IMG/VR virus record: IMGVR_UViG_3300006118_000017
Span: 1-42,188 of that record
DNA from: a virus
Taxonomy: Duplodnaviria > Caudoviricetes
Direction: 5' to 3' (one strand)
DNA length: 42,188 nt
Each line of letters opens with the position of its first letter. Position 1 is the stretch's first letter. The position numbers and the translations under genes are program-made. The notes under the pieces are model-generated. The model saw only the letters and a list, made by a program, of their open reading frames with translations. It made no database searches and was not told the origin of the DNA. Shown in pieces: positions 8,353 through 18,523 of this stretch.

Positions 8353-8884
8353 CCCGATCCACGCTGCGCCGCACCCACGCCGTTCGATGGAGGAAATCAA
8401 CCAGTTCCTCGCTGACGAGGCAAAGGGCCAGACCCTAAAATCCACGATGGTTCGTGAGGAAAATCCTCGCCGCCGTCTCGTCACGGTTGGCGGGGGACGA
8501 CGCAAGGCTACGGGTTCAGGCGACCGCTTCACGGCTTCAGTAGTTGAGCCAGAGTTCCCAGAGGGCGGCGATCCACGCTTCCGTGCAGTCCTGTCCGAGA
8601 TGCTGAAACTGCACATCTCCAAGAGCAACGACTACGGCACGAACCGTGACCCATACGCCAACTACCGAGCCGCCGAGCAGATCGGTGTCGCAGCGTGGAA
8701 ATCCTGCTTCATTCGAGGTTTGGAAAAGGTGCAGCGCATCGCCAACGCCGCTTCAGGTAAGCGTCTAAACCACGAGAGTGCTGAAAACTCATTCCTCGAC
8801 CTCGCCAACCATGTCGTCATCGCTAAGGTGCTTTACGACGAGGAGCAGGCTTCCAAGGACAACCACGTCTGCGACTGCGGCTGA
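8345..8884 (+). CDS. DUF1599 / nucleotide-modification-associated-domain-like alpha-helical protein
   Basis: KSNDYG..DPYANY, EKVQRI, ESAENSFLDLANH. Confidence 0.75.
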   Translation: MTDPIHAAPHPRRSMEEINQFLADEAKGQTLKSTMVREENPRRRLVTVGGGRRKATGSGDRFTASVVEPEFPEGGDPRFRAVLSEMLKLHISKSNDYGTNRDPYANYRAAEQIGVAAWKSCFIRGLEKVQRIANAASGKRLNHESAENSFLDLANHVVIAKVLYDEEQASKDNHVCDCG

Positions 8885-8948
8885 TAAGGGCTGAAATCCT
8901 AAACCCTGTGGCAGAATAGAGGGCGACCCGTCTAGCGAGGAGCCGCCC

Positions 8949-9602
8949 GTGGCGCAGATTTTCACCAACCAAGGTATTACCCTCCTGTTCAACCAGTTGG
9001 GCGTTGGTGCTACTCCATCCACCTCGTATGGCACCTACTATGTGGGGCTGTTCACCGGATCGCTGCCCACCGCTACGGCAACTCTTTCAGCGGGAATGAC
9101 CGAAATGGTCGGTTCTGGCTACGCCCGTTCGACCACGACTTTTGGAAGCCCTACGACCGCCACGGCATACAACGCTGGCAGCCCGACGCTGACGACCACC
9201 CTGAACGGCGCAGTTTCATCGGGGCAGTGGGTTGTGACCCTCGCCTCAACCACAGGTCTTGCCGTCGGCATGAGCATTGTGGTCGGGACTGAGGCAGTCA
9301 AGATCATCACCGGACTTCCGGGAGCGAACCAAGTCGTGCTCTCATCAGCACTCGTATCAAACCAAAGCAACGGTGCGGCGGTGACGGCTGGCGACGCTGT
9401 GAGTGGTGTGAAATCCGCAGGATCGGCGGTGACCTTCTCGGCAACGGGGACATGGTTGGCGGCGGCGGGCTACTTCGTGGCTACCTCTAGCGATAACTCC
9501 GGCAAGTTGATGTATGCAGCCAACTTCGCAGATGCGACCACGCCGACCCTCGGCGCAAACGACACCCTTCAGGTCACTCCTACTTGGTTGATGAGCAACT
9601 AG
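8949..9602 (+). CDS. Virion structural protein (fibre-associated) with inserted beta module
   Basis: YVGLFTG..EMVGSGYAR..FSATGTW..TLGANDTLQVT pattern; GTG start after GAGGAG. Confidence 0.75.
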   Translation: MAQIFTNQGITLLFNQLGVGATPSTSYGTYYVGLFTGSLPTATATLSAGMTEMVGSGYARSTTTFGSPTTATAYNAGSPTLTTTLNGAVSSGQWVVTLASTTGLAVGMSIVVGTEAVKIITGLPGANQVVLSSALVSNQSNGAAVTAGDAVSGVKSAGSAVTFSATGTWLAAAGYFVATSSDNSGKLMYAANFADATTPTLGANDTLQVTPTWLMSN

Positions 9603-9630
9603 GGAGGTGAAATCCCGTAAGGGATAGACG

Positions 9631-12600
9631 ATGGCTCGAAATCCCTACACGCAGAACTCATATGTCGGCGGCGGTGTTCCCGCAACGCTGACCTCAGCCA
9701 TTGGTGCAAGCGACACTTCCATCTCGCTGACCTTTGGAACGACCGGAACTTGGACGGGTTTGGGGGTGGGTGGAGGGTTCTTCCTCTCCATCGACTACGA
9801 CAACTCCGCCGAGGAAAAAGTTTGGGTTCCCACCGCTTCGATCAACTGGGCATTGAGCACGGTCACGATCACGGTTCAGCGAGGACAAGACGGCACGACC
9901 GCCGTATCGCACGGTCAAGGCGCAAAGGTTGTGCCCGTCATCTCGAAATCCGACATTGCCGAGGCGAACTTCGTCGGCGCACAAACCATCGGACAAATCC
10001 AAAGCACCGGTGACTTGCTCTACGGGGCAGGGTCACAGTCGCTTTCACGCCTCCCTGTCGGCACTTCAGGTCAAGTCCTGACCGTCGCAAGTGGTGGAAC
10101 GCTTGCATGGGGGACAGGCAGTGGTGGCGCACAAGGTCCAACGGGACCGACCGGACCGCAAGGCTTACAGGGTGCAACCGGCCCACAAGGTGCAACTGGT
10201 GCCACTGGTGCAACCGGTGCCACAGGTCCCATTGGTCTGACTGGTGCTACAGGTGCTACAGGTGCCACAGGTCCCATTGGTCTGACTGGTCCTACAGGTG
10301 CTACAGGTCCGACCGGGGCAACCGGGGCAACTGGAGCAACAGGTGCAACTGGTGCAACTGGTGCAACCGGGGCAACTGGAGCAACTGGTCCGATCGGCGC
10401 AACTGGAGCCACCGGAGCCACCGGTGCGACAGGTGCATCTGGAGCCACTGGAGCCACTGGAGCCACCGGAGCGACTGGTGCACAAGGTCCAACGGGAGCC
10501 ACGGGTTCACAAGGTCCAACGGGAGCAACGGGCGCACAAGGTCCAACGGGAGCCACTGGCGCCACCGGTGCTGGTGGAAACCTCGGCTACTACGGTTCGT
10601 TCTACGACACGACTACACAGGTTCCGGCCTTCGCCAATACGCCACAAGCCATGACGCTGAACACCACAGCGGAATACAACGGTGTGTCCATCGCCAGCGG
10701 TAGCCGGATCACCTTCGCCTATGCCGGAACCTACAATGTCCAGTTCTCGGCACAACTCACGCAGACCGACAACAGCAACGACAACGTGCAGATTTGGCTC
10801 CGCAAGAACGGCAGCGACCTAACCGAGACCAACACCACGGTCACGATGGACAAGCAGAACAGCGACAAGGTTGCCTCGTGGAACTTCGTGCTCACCGTCG
10901 CAGCAAACGATTACCTACAACTCATGTGGGAAGCCAACTCCACGAGTGTTTCGATCCTCGCACAAACCGCTGGTGGAAACTACCCTGCAACGCCTTCCAT
11001 CATCCTCACGGCGCAGCAGGTCATGTACACCCAACTCGGACCTACGGGTGCGACAGGTGCGACGGGTCCACAGGGTGTTACCGGATCAACGGGCGCAACT
11101 GGGGCGACAGGAGCCACTGGTCCTAGTGGACCCACCGGTGCAACCGGTCCTCAGGGAGCAACCGGCGTTGCATCAGCAGTTGCTCCACTTAGCCTTTCCA
11201 CCGGCTCGACGATCTCGATTTCCAATGCTACGACGGGCGCAAGTGGTGTAATAACCCTCGGCGGCGACCTCAACTCGACTGGCTCGACGGCGGGAACTCC
11301 GTATGTCGGATCGTGGCAAGGTCAACCTTTCACCACCGGCACAACGGCAGGTCAAGTTTATGTCTTTAGTGGCACGACTTGGGCATCATCAACGATTTCT
11401 GGAGATGCAACGCTCGCATCTGGCGGTGCGCTCACACTGAAATCCACTGGCACGGCAGGAACCTACGGTTCTTCGGGAACTACCAACGCCTACCCAATCA
11501 TCACCACTGACGCTCAGGGGCGTGTGACCGGCGCATCAACGGCTCCTGTGACTGTTCTTGGCTCTACGGTTTCCACCTTCACAAGTGCCACTCCCCCAAC
11601 CTTGACGGCGGCGGACAACGGTAAGCACTTCCAGTTGACGGGTTCGACAGCAGCAACCTTGACCTTGCCCTCAACCGTTCCTGCAAGTCCTTGGTGTGTC
11701 CTCATCAGCAACGGTGGCTCATCGTCATCAAGTCCCGTTCTGAGCGTTAGTGGCAACTCGCACAACATCAACAACTCAACAGGCAACATTTCACTAACAA
11801 ACCGCACCTCTGCCATGCTTGTCTGGGCAGACGGAACGAACTACTACGCCACCTTTGGCTCGGAATACAACACCCAGAACGCTATCGCTGGACTTGTTGG
11901 CGCAACAGTCACAACCGCTTCTTTCGCCGCAAGTTCCACCTACGCCAAGTATGTGTTCACAGGAGCAACCGGAGCAACTCTCACCCTTGCTTTGGGTGCG
12001 CCCATCAACTCAATGATTACGGTGGTGAACGCCTCAACGGGTTCGGCTTCTCTTAGCGTTCTTCCGAGTAGTTCCACCTTGTCGGCGTTTGGAACCTCTT
12101 ACGCTTCAGGGACTACGGCTGCCAACCTGATCGCACCCGGAACAGCATGGCAGTTCTTCTACGCTTATTCCGGTTCTTTGGGAACTTGGTATGCGATTTC
12201 AGCATCGCCCAACTTTATCTCTGGAGACATAACGGTTGGTTCGACTGGTGTAGCCACACTTGCCACAACCGGCCCCGGCGCAGGAACTTACGGCTCATCG
12301 GGTTCGACTATCTCCCACGCCATTATTTCACTAGACGCTAAGGGTCGGGTCACGGGAGCAACATCAAGTCCTGCAAGTCTCGTCGCAGGTGTTCTAAACG
12401 CAACAAGCGCAACGACTTGGGCTGCCTCGGCATCTGATAACGGACAGTTCGTTCGCTTCAGCAATACAGTCACCGTGACCCTTCCGGCAACGGCTCCTTC
12501 AGCCCCTTGGCTTGCCACCTATTACGGCTCAGGCTCGCTCACGATTACACCAAGTTCGCCAGCGACGCTCAACGGTTCGTCATCGTCGTATTACCTATCG

Positions 12601-14445
12601 TCAGGTATTCCAGCACTGGTTTGGACAGACGGAACCAACTACTTCGTGCAGCCATCTATTTCGTCAGGGAACTGGACCGCTACTTCCTATCTGAACGCAA
12701 CTCAATACATCACTGCTGCGAATACACTTCTCACCCTCGGCAACAAGTCGGTCTATAACGGAACCGCATCAACGGCACTGACCCTCAACTCTGCATCAAC
12801 AAACAACTACATTCCGCAAATCCTCGTCAATGCCTCTACCCAGACGGTTTACCTCTTGCCAAATGGACAGGTGACGGGTTCACCAAGCATCCTCAACGCT
12901 TACGGCACGACCTATGCGGGCTATGTCGTTGGAGTGGGCGGCATTTCCACCAACGGAACCATTTGGACAGTCACAACTGGAACAACCCACAACTTCTTGA
13001 CCGGGCAGACAGTTTACCTTGGTGGCCTTTCTGCCGGTGGCTCCACTGCCTACAACGGTTCGTTTACGATTGCCTCTACAGGTGCAACCAACACTTTCAC
13101 CATCGCAAATACGGCTCAACCCGGTGCAGTCACTTTCGCTGGCACTGCAACCGTGCAACCCTTCCCCCTTCCAGCAGGAGGGGCTGTTTCGTATCAAGGC
13201 ATCAGCGGTTCAACTAATGCAGTCTGGCTCACTGGTTCCAATCCTCAAACGCTCTCTGGCGATGTGACGGTTGGCAATACAGGAGCAGCCACGGTCAAGC
13301 AGTTGCAAGGAACCCCCGTTTCGTCCACTGCACCAACCTCGTCAAACAACCTCATGGTCTACAACGGTTCGACGTGGACAGCGCAAGCCCTCAACGGTGA
13401 TGTAACGATGACTACGGGGGCTACGGCGACCGTCGGCAAAATCCAAGGTGTAGCGATCAGCGGAACTCCCGCATCTGGTTCGACGGTTGGAACCACAACC
13501 GGCAGCACTGGACTGAGCACTTTTTCACCGACCGTCCTCACCGCTACCTCTGGCACGAGTGCATCGTGGACACCAAAGAGCGAGGTGACTGTTTTTTACA
13601 ACGGAACCGGATCGGTGGGTTCCACGACGGCTTACACCTACAACGTTCCGTCATGGGCGACCAACCTTCGAGTGATCTGTGTGGGCGGTGGAGGTGGTGG
13701 AGGCGGCGGCGCACAGTCCCTTTCGCTAACTACCTCCAACGGTGGAAACGGTGGAAACGGTGGAAACGCCACCATTGCAGACATTCCGGTTTCAGCACTT
13801 GGAGGTTCCTCGACTGTTTATGCGGTTGTTGGTGGTGGAGGAGCCGGTGGTGCGGCGGTTGGCACAGGAGCAACAAGTAATGGAAATGCGGCGGTGTTGG
13901 GGCAGCCATCATGGTTTGGCGGAACCGGATCGTCAGCAGTTACCGCTGCGTTCGCCATTGCCTCCGGCGGGGCTGGTGGCCTTGGCGGCCTTTACAACTC
14001 TGCGAACAACTCGTCGAACAGCGTCACGTCCATTGGAAACATCGGTGTTGTCCTCATCGGGGGGGTTGGTGGAAACGGAACATCTACCGCAGGTCAAAGT
14101 GGATCGCTCTCAACCGCCGGAGCAGGTGGACTAACTAGCGGCGGTGGTGGAGGCGGAGCAGTGGGTGGCGGCAGCGGAAAATCCGGCGGACCCGGCGGCA
14201 CGCCGTCGATTTCACCATACGCCAACATCGCCGGAGTGGCGGGAACCACTGCCCCTGTTTCACCGACAAGTGGATCGTCTTACGGCTATGCCTCTGGCGG
14301 TGCTGGTGGTGGTGCATACAACCAAAACGGAGCAACGGGGGTCTATGGTTCCGGCGGTGGCGGTGGCGGTGGCGGGCTGAGCGCCAATGCTCCGGGTGCC
14401 GGTGGAAACGGTGGCTCCGGCTTCGTCGTTGTTATTGCGACCTAA
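9631..14445 (+). CDS. Long collagen-like fibre protein (1604 aa) with C1q/BclA-like domain and Gly-rich C-terminal domain
   Basis: Long Gly-X-Y runs (GAT/GPT/GPQ), [20 protein letters not shown] domain, internal repeats, terminal VGGGGGGG...GGSGFVVV. Confidence 0.85.
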   Translation: MARNPYTQNSYVGGGVPATLTSAIGASDTSISLTFGTTGTWTGLGVGGGFFLSIDYDNSAEEKVWVPTASINWALSTVTITVQRGQDGTTAVSHGQGAKVVPVISKSDIAEANFVGAQTIGQIQSTGDLLYGAGSQSLSRLPVGTSGQVLTVASGGTLAWGTGSGGAQGPTGPTGPQGLQGATGPQGATGATGATGATGPIGLTGATGATGATGPIGLTGPTGATGPTGATGATGATGATGATGATGATGATGPIGATGATGATGATGASGATGATGATGATGAQGPTGATGSQGPTGATGAQGPTGATGATGAGGNLGYYGSFYDTTTQVPAFANTPQAMTLNTTAEYNGVSIASGSRITFAYAGTYNVQFSAQLTQTDNSNDNVQIWLRKNGSDLTETNTTVTMDKQNSDKVASWNFVLTVAANDYLQLMWEANSTSVSILAQTAGGNYPATPSIILTAQQVMYTQLGPTGATGATGPQGVTGSTGATGATGATGPSGPTGATGPQGATGVASAVAPLSLSTGSTISISNATTGASGVITLGGDLNSTGSTAGTPYVGSWQGQPFTTGTTAGQVYVFSGTTWASSTISGDATLASGGALTLKSTGTAGTYGSSGTTNAYPIITTDAQGRVTGASTAPVTVLGSTVSTFTSATPPTLTAADNGKHFQLTGSTAATLTLPSTVPASPWCVLISNGGSSSSSPVLSVSGNSHNINNSTGNISLTNRTSAMLVWADGTNYYATFGSEYNTQNAIAGLVGATVTTASFAASSTYAKYVFTGATGATLTLALGAPINSMITVVNASTGSASLSVLPSSSTLSAFGTSYASGTTAANLIAPGTAWQFFYAYSGSLGTWYAISASPNFISGDITVGSTGVATLATTGPGAGTYGSSGSTISHAIISLDAKGRVTGATSSPASLVAGVLNATSATTWAASASDNGQFVRFSNTVTVTLPATAPSAPWLATYYGSGSLTITPSSPATLNGSSSSYYLSSGIPALVWTDGTNYFVQPSISSGNWTATSYLNATQYITAANTLLTLGNKSVYNGTASTALTLNSASTNNYIPQILVNASTQTVYLLPNGQVTGSPSILNAYGTTYAGYVVGVGGISTNGTIWTVTTGTTHNFLTGQTVYLGGLSAGGSTAYNGSFTIASTGATNTFTIANTAQPGAVTFAGTATVQPFPLPAGGAVSYQGISGSTNAVWLTGSNPQTLSGDVTVGNTGAATVKQLQGTPVSSTAPTSSNNLMVYNGSTWTAQALNGDVTMTTGATATVGKIQGVAISGTPASGSTVGTTTGSTGLSTFSPTVLTATSGTSASWTPKSEVTVFYNGTGSVGSTTAYTYNVPSWATNLRVICVGGGGGGGGGAQSLSLTTSNGGNGGNGGNATIADIPVSALGGSSTVYAVVGGGGAGGAAVGTGATSNGNAAVLGQPSWFGGTGSSAVTAAFAIASGGAGGLGGLYNSANNSSNSVTSIGNIGVVLIGGVGGNGTSTAGQSGSLSTAGAGGLTSGGGGGGAVGGGSGKSGGPGGTPSISPYANIAGVAGTTAPVSPTSGSSYGYASGGAGGGAYNQNGATGVYGSGGGGGGGGLSANAPGAGGNGGSGFVVVIAT
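10126..10575 (+). repeat. Collagen Gly-X-Y 9-bp tandem repeats (second block at about 11038-11166)
   Basis: Reiterated ggtgcaact/ggagccact/ggtgctaca units. Confidence 0.95.
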
Positions 14446-14447
14446 TC

Positions 14448-15542
14448 ATGGGCATCGGCTACAAGCAGATAGGCAGAGCCTTCCTCGGCGGATCGGAGTT
14501 CTACTTTTCCGGTCTTGCTCGAACTGAGGCTTCACAGGCGGCAGAACACTTTGCTACCGACGCTCCCCGCTCGCAAGGGCACCATGTAATCGGTGAAATC
14601 GCACAGGGCGTTGTTGCGGTGGACAACAGCCGCAACTCCGTTGCTGGTGCGGGCGTTCTCGGCTCCATGATCCTCGGCTTTGGATTTCCCGCCGCACAGG
14701 CTTCATGGCTTGCGCTGCCCGCCGCCGAAAAGACCACCCGCCGTAGAAATGCTACGGAAGTCGTTGCCGAAATCACACGGAGCAGCCGCAGCGTCACCGC
14801 AAAGCGTAATGTGGCAGAGGCAGTCGAGCAGTTCGTCGCTGAGTCCCGATCCACTTACGGGCACAAAGAGGGTTCTGCCCTTGCTGAAATCCAGCGCACA
14901 GTTGCAGGTCGCAAGACCACCCATCACGAAGCCAGCGAAGCCACGGGACGAGAGGCCACCACGAGTAGCCGGATCGCCGTTCACCAACCAGCCGCAAGTG
15001 TTACACAGCGATTTGCCGCACGAGAACAGAAAATCCGCTTCCTGCAACGGGTCGGGGTGGCTGCGATGTTGTCGTTCGAGGCGGTTCGCAGCGCACGGGT
15101 GATCGTCAAAAAGCCTGAGGCTATCCAAACCTTCGCAACCGACGGCACAAAGAGCGTCGGACGCACCACATCTTCGACGATTATCGAAACTTGGGGCAAC
15201 AACCCATCTCCGAGGGTGCAAGCACGCTTCAAAGCAGGGATTTCAGCGTTCCGTGAGGCTACCGAGGCATACCGCCATGTCGCTTACAGCCGAGCAAACG
15301 AGGTCACACTCCGGCAAGTTTCCAGCATTTTCCAATACCTCGTGCAGTTCGACCATGAGTTCAAGATCATCTTCAACGAGATTTACAAGAAGGGGTTGTA
15401 TGGTGAATACCCCGAGGGTGGATCGGTTGGTCAAGACAGCGGAATGTCCACTTTTGGAACACCATCAACCACGGTAATCTTCACGGACGATGGAGTAGCA
15501 TCGTATCGAGAAGGTTACAACCCGTATTTGGAGAGCGAATAA
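14448..15542 (+). CDS. Putative virion protein (364 aa) with degenerate Arg/Ala/Thr repeats
   Basis: Tight gene packing within the structural operon. Confidence 0.65.
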   Translation: MGIGYKQIGRAFLGGSEFYFSGLARTEASQAAEHFATDAPRSQGHHVIGEIAQGVVAVDNSRNSVAGAGVLGSMILGFGFPAAQASWLALPAAEKTTRRRNATEVVAEITRSSRSVTAKRNVAEAVEQFVAESRSTYGHKEGSALAEIQRTVAGRKTTHHEASEATGREATTSSRIAVHQPAASVTQRFAAREQKIRFLQRVGVAAMLSFEAVRSARVIVKKPEAIQTFATDGTKSVGRTTSSTIIETWGNNPSPRVQARFKAGISAFREATEAYRHVAYSRANEVTLRQVSSIFQYLVQFDHEFKIIFNEIYKKGLYGEYPEGGSVGQDSGMSTFGTPSTTVIFTDDGVASYREGYNPYLESE

Positions 15543-15545
15543 GCC

Positions 15546-15878
15546 GTGACGATCCACTACCCGACAGCCGCCGCAAGCCTGCCCGATGTGGAGTTCACAT
15601 GGAACGACGCTGACGGGAACGCCATAGATTTCAGCACCGGTTGGTCATTCAAAATGACCATTGGCCGCCCGCCGAACCCTGCCGTCATCACCAAGACCTC
15701 CGGCATCGCCGGATCAGCCGCAGTTCCCAACTTGACGGTCGTTTGGGCACCGAGCGAACTCGCTTCCCTCACGCCGGGTGTGTGGTATTTCCAAATCACC
15801 GCTTCCTACGGGCCGCAAGCGGGCAAGGCTCGCATCTTGACCGGTTCTATCCGCATTGACCAAGCGATTATCCAATAG
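15546..15878 (+). CDS. Small Ig-like virion adaptor protein (BppU-like)
   Basis: WNDADGNAIDFSTGWSFKM..LTPGVWYFQI..ILTGSIRI pattern. Confidence 0.65.
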   Translation: MTIHYPTAAASLPDVEFTWNDADGNAIDFSTGWSFKMTIGRPPNPAVITKTSGIAGSAAVPNLTVVWAPSELASLTPGVWYFQITASYGPQAGKARILTGSIRIDQAIIQ

Positions 15879-15886
15879 GTGAAATC

Positions 15887-16387
15887 ATGACGTGGACATA
15901 CACTTTCGACCCAACAAGCAGCCCAAAGGACACAGTTCGCTTCCTCATCGGAGATGTGGTGGAGGCAAACCCCCTTTTGCAGGACGAGGAAATCTACTTC
16001 TCCCTCAATGAGGTGAACATGGAGCCGTATCGTGCGGCAGCCAACTCTTGCGCCAACCTCGCAGCGCAGTTCACCGGCCTTGCACAGAGCACGAGCAAGT
16101 CCGTCGGCGGCCTGAGCCTGAGCCAGACCTACGGTGATCGTGCACAACGCTATGAGCGTCTGTCCAAAGACCTGCTCGCTCGCTCCCGTCGAGTTGCACC
16201 GCCTATTCCAAACGCCGACCACCGTGCCCTCGGTGCAGAGTTGAAGGTTGGTATGTTTGACCGCTATTGGGCGGTGGCGAACGACTGGCCTTCCAACTCC
16301 GAACTTGGCACTTCGACCACTTACGGGACTGGCTACAACCCCGGCGATGAAGGTGTGGTGGGGACGGACTACCGCCCTGAGCCATGA
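15887..16387 (+). CDS. Head-to-tail adaptor
   Basis: MTWTY..DP..KDTVRFLIGD..LLQDEEI..KSVGGLSLS. Confidence 0.8.
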   Translation: MTWTYTFDPTSSPKDTVRFLIGDVVEANPLLQDEEIYFSLNEVNMEPYRAAANSCANLAAQFTGLAQSTSKSVGGLSLSQTYGDRAQRYERLSKDLLARSRRVAPPIPNADHRALGAELKVGMFDRYWAVANDWPSNSELGTSTTYGTGYNPGDEGVVGTDYRPEP

Positions 16388-16797
16388 GCAGCATTGACCC
16401 AGAACTTCTGGGACTCATGACGCAGACCATCATCATCGAGAACATCATTTCAGCACCGGATCACAACGGGAACCCGCCGACTTTGGACGGCTATGGCCGC
16501 CACTACGTCAACGGAAGCGGGGAAAGTGGCTCAACGGTGGAGTATGGCGCACCCGTGACCTACAAGTGCCGCCTCGAATATAAGGCAAAGGTTCTTTCCA
16601 CCATCAACGGGCGTGATCGGGTCAGTTCTGGCCGGGCTTACCTTGCCGGGTTCTTTCCAAACCTCACAACCGAGTGTCGAGTGACCGTCCCCAACCAAAC
16701 ACAGGAGTCCATGAAACACCCTGTCGTCATGTTCATCGAGAACAACTTTGACGAAACGGGGCTAACGGGCTACAACACGACTGTTCACTTCGAGTAG
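16384..16797 (+). CDS. Head-closure / stopper protein
   Basis: LMTQTIII..DGYGRHY..YKCRLE pattern; synteny. Confidence 0.7.
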   Translation: MSSIDPELLGLMTQTIIIENIISAPDHNGNPPTLDGYGRHYVNGSGESGSTVEYGAPVTYKCRLEYKAKVLSTINGRDRVSSGRAYLAGFFPNLTTECRVTVPNQTQESMKHPVVMFIENNFDETGLTGYNTTVHFE

Positions 16798-16807
16798 GTG
16801 GTGAAAT

Positions 16808-17188
16808 ATGGCACGAGATATGTGGGCGGAGGTGAAGATGGACTTCCAAAACCTCAAAGACTCACCTAATCGCATCAAAAAAGGCATGAAGCGTGGGATC
16901 AACGAGGTCATGCAGGAGGTGTTCGACGAGAGTCAAGAACTCGTCCCTGTGGACACCGGTGCGCTGCGAGACTCCGGCGTGTTCATCACGGCGCAAGAGG
17001 ACATTCACGGCGTAGAGGCATCTATTTCGTATGGAAATGCGCTCGTGACCTACGCAGTGGACGTGCATGAGGACTTGCAAACATTTCACGAGCCGCCCAC
17101 GCAGGCTAAGTTCCTCGAAATCCCCATGACCAACCATCAAGACGAACTTCTACACGCCATCAAGCGCAGGATCAACCAAAACCTATGA
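16808..17188 (+). CDS. HK97 gp10-like neck protein
   Basis: SQELVPVDTGALRDSG, YAVDVHE, QAKFLE. Confidence 0.85.
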   Translation: MARDMWAEVKMDFQNLKDSPNRIKKGMKRGINEVMQEVFDESQELVPVDTGALRDSGVFITAQEDIHGVEASISYGNALVTYAVDVHEDLQTFHEPPTQAKFLEIPMTNHQDELLHAIKRRINQNL

Positions 17189-17616
17189 CCACTCTCCTCG
17201 ATGCCATTGGCTACTACCTGCCGATCCAAACCGCCAACCTTCCGGCAGCGCAACAACTTGTCCTCGGCGAAAACTTGTTCCTCGGTCGCTTCCCCGCTGA
17301 GGCTCCTAACGCCGCCGTGCTCGTGCAGTTATACATGGGCAAGGCTCCGAACTTCACGATGGGGAGTGGTGTAATCGCCTTGGACAACCCCAAAGTCCAA
17401 ATCCTCGTCCGTGGGGAGCGTGAGGACTACCCCGGCGCATACGACCTCGCCATCGTCATCAGGAACATCTTGGGGAGCATCGTGAGTTCGACGGTCATCG
17501 ACGGGCTGACCATCATGCGCCTCGAACCACTCGGCACTCCGAACTACACGGGCTACGACGAGGTGGATCGTCCAAAGTTCACGCAGAACTTCCAAGCGAT
17601 GCTGCCCGGCTCATGA
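17185..17616 (+). CDS. Tail terminator / completion protein
   Basis: NLFLGRFP..P.VQILVRG..GYDEVDRPKFTQNF; synteny. Confidence 0.78.
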   Translation: MTTLLDAIGYYLPIQTANLPAAQQLVLGENLFLGRFPAEAPNAAVLVQLYMGKAPNFTMGSGVIALDNPKVQILVRGEREDYPGAYDLAIVIRNILGSIVSSTVIDGLTIMRLEPLGTPNYTGYDEVDRPKFTQNFQAMLPGS

Positions 17617-17846
17617 GCGACGGCCTCGAACTCGTCACCGAAAGCATCAGGGCGGCGAAGGAAGCGACGAAGGCTGCCTACCACGCCTTGCTTGCGGTCG
17701 AGCGACTTTTGGAAAAAGCCCCCGCAGACGAACAAATCGAACACGAGACGGAAACCACCTGCCGACACGAAAAGGCTTCCCGTGTGAACACCACTCTGGG
17801 CGAGTTCGTGATCTGCGAATGTGGTCATCAGGAGCAGACCAACTAA
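17613..17846 (+). CDS. Small protein with C-terminal Zn-finger-like motif (CRH...CECGH)
   Basis: ATGA-coupled to the tail terminator gene. Confidence 0.65.
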   Translation: MSDGLELVTESIRAAKEATKAAYHALLAVERLLEKAPADEQIEHETETTCRHEKASRVNTTLGEFVICECGHQEQTN

Positions 17847-17855
17847 ACCCCCGAT

Positions 17856-17884
17856 TTGCAGTGCTCTGTGATATGTGCTATCAT
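17856..17884 (+). promoter_or_regulatory. Internal sigma70-type promoter
   Basis: TTGCAG-N17-TATCAT with TG extension. Confidence 0.6.
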
Positions 17885-17921
17885 TCTTTTCGCAGGGAAC
17901 AGGACTAGAGAGAGGGAAAGC

Positions 17922-18239
17922 ATGGTCAAGCGGAACACCAGTGCGCCGGAGGTTCAGGTCGCAAGGGAATGGTCGCCTATCGACAGTTGGGGAGGGTTCT
18001 CCAAGGGCGACCTCGTGCACGTCAAGGGCACGAGCAGTAGTGAGTGGCGGTTCATGTATGCCCATGACCGCAACGGTCAGATCGAAGCGGTGACCGTGTT
18101 CGGCGGAGAGCGTGCGACAAAGCGCATGGCGGCTACGCAGGCGTATCGAACCTTCGTGCCGGAGCGTGTCGTCGCCCCATCAGTAACGCAGCGGCGCAGT
18201 GTCCGCACCCCAAAGCACGAGGTCGAGGTCGTCTCATAG
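17922..18239 (+). CDS. Small beta-barrel hypothetical protein (actinophage type)
   Basis: ATG 17922 after GAGGGAAAG; GDLVHVKG..WRF..VTVFGG..RTFVPERV. Confidence 0.7.
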   Translation: MVKRNTSAPEVQVAREWSPIDSWGGFSKGDLVHVKGTSSSEWRFMYAHDRNGQIEAVTVFGGERATKRMAATQAYRTFVPERVVAPSVTQRRSVRTPKHEVEVVS

Positions 18240-18313
18240 CCAAAGCCACAGGGGGATTTTTCCCTATCCGATGATACGCTTGCTAGCAAGTACTGTCCTC
18301 GGGGAGCGGCTGC

Positions 18314-18523
18314 ATGGCTAAGGCAACACCCACATACCAAGTCACCGACAAGTCACCCGTATCCTACAACGGGAAGGTGGCTCAGTCCGGCGATCTCGTG
18401 TCCGACTTGCCCGGTGAGAGCATCACTTGGCTTCTCGCAGACGGCTTCATCGTCCCCGCCGCTGCGCCCGCCGATGACCCCGCTCCCGATGCTGAGCCAG
18501 CACCGAGCGACGAGGCAGCGTAA
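18314..18523 (+). CDS. Small tail-associated protein preceding the tail tube genes
   Basis: GDLVSDLP..SITWLLADGFI with an acidic/Pro tail; GGGGAG SD. Confidence 0.7.
   Translation: MAKATPTYQVTDKSPVSYNGKVAQSGDLVSDLPGESITWLLADGFIVPAAAPADDPAPDAEPAPSDEAA

Noticed and set aside
10126-10575. Repeat array as CRISPR or a non-coding repeat
   Set aside because: The units are in-frame 9-bp repeats encoding collagen Gly-X-Y with no unique spacers; the overlapping ORFs in other frames are shadows
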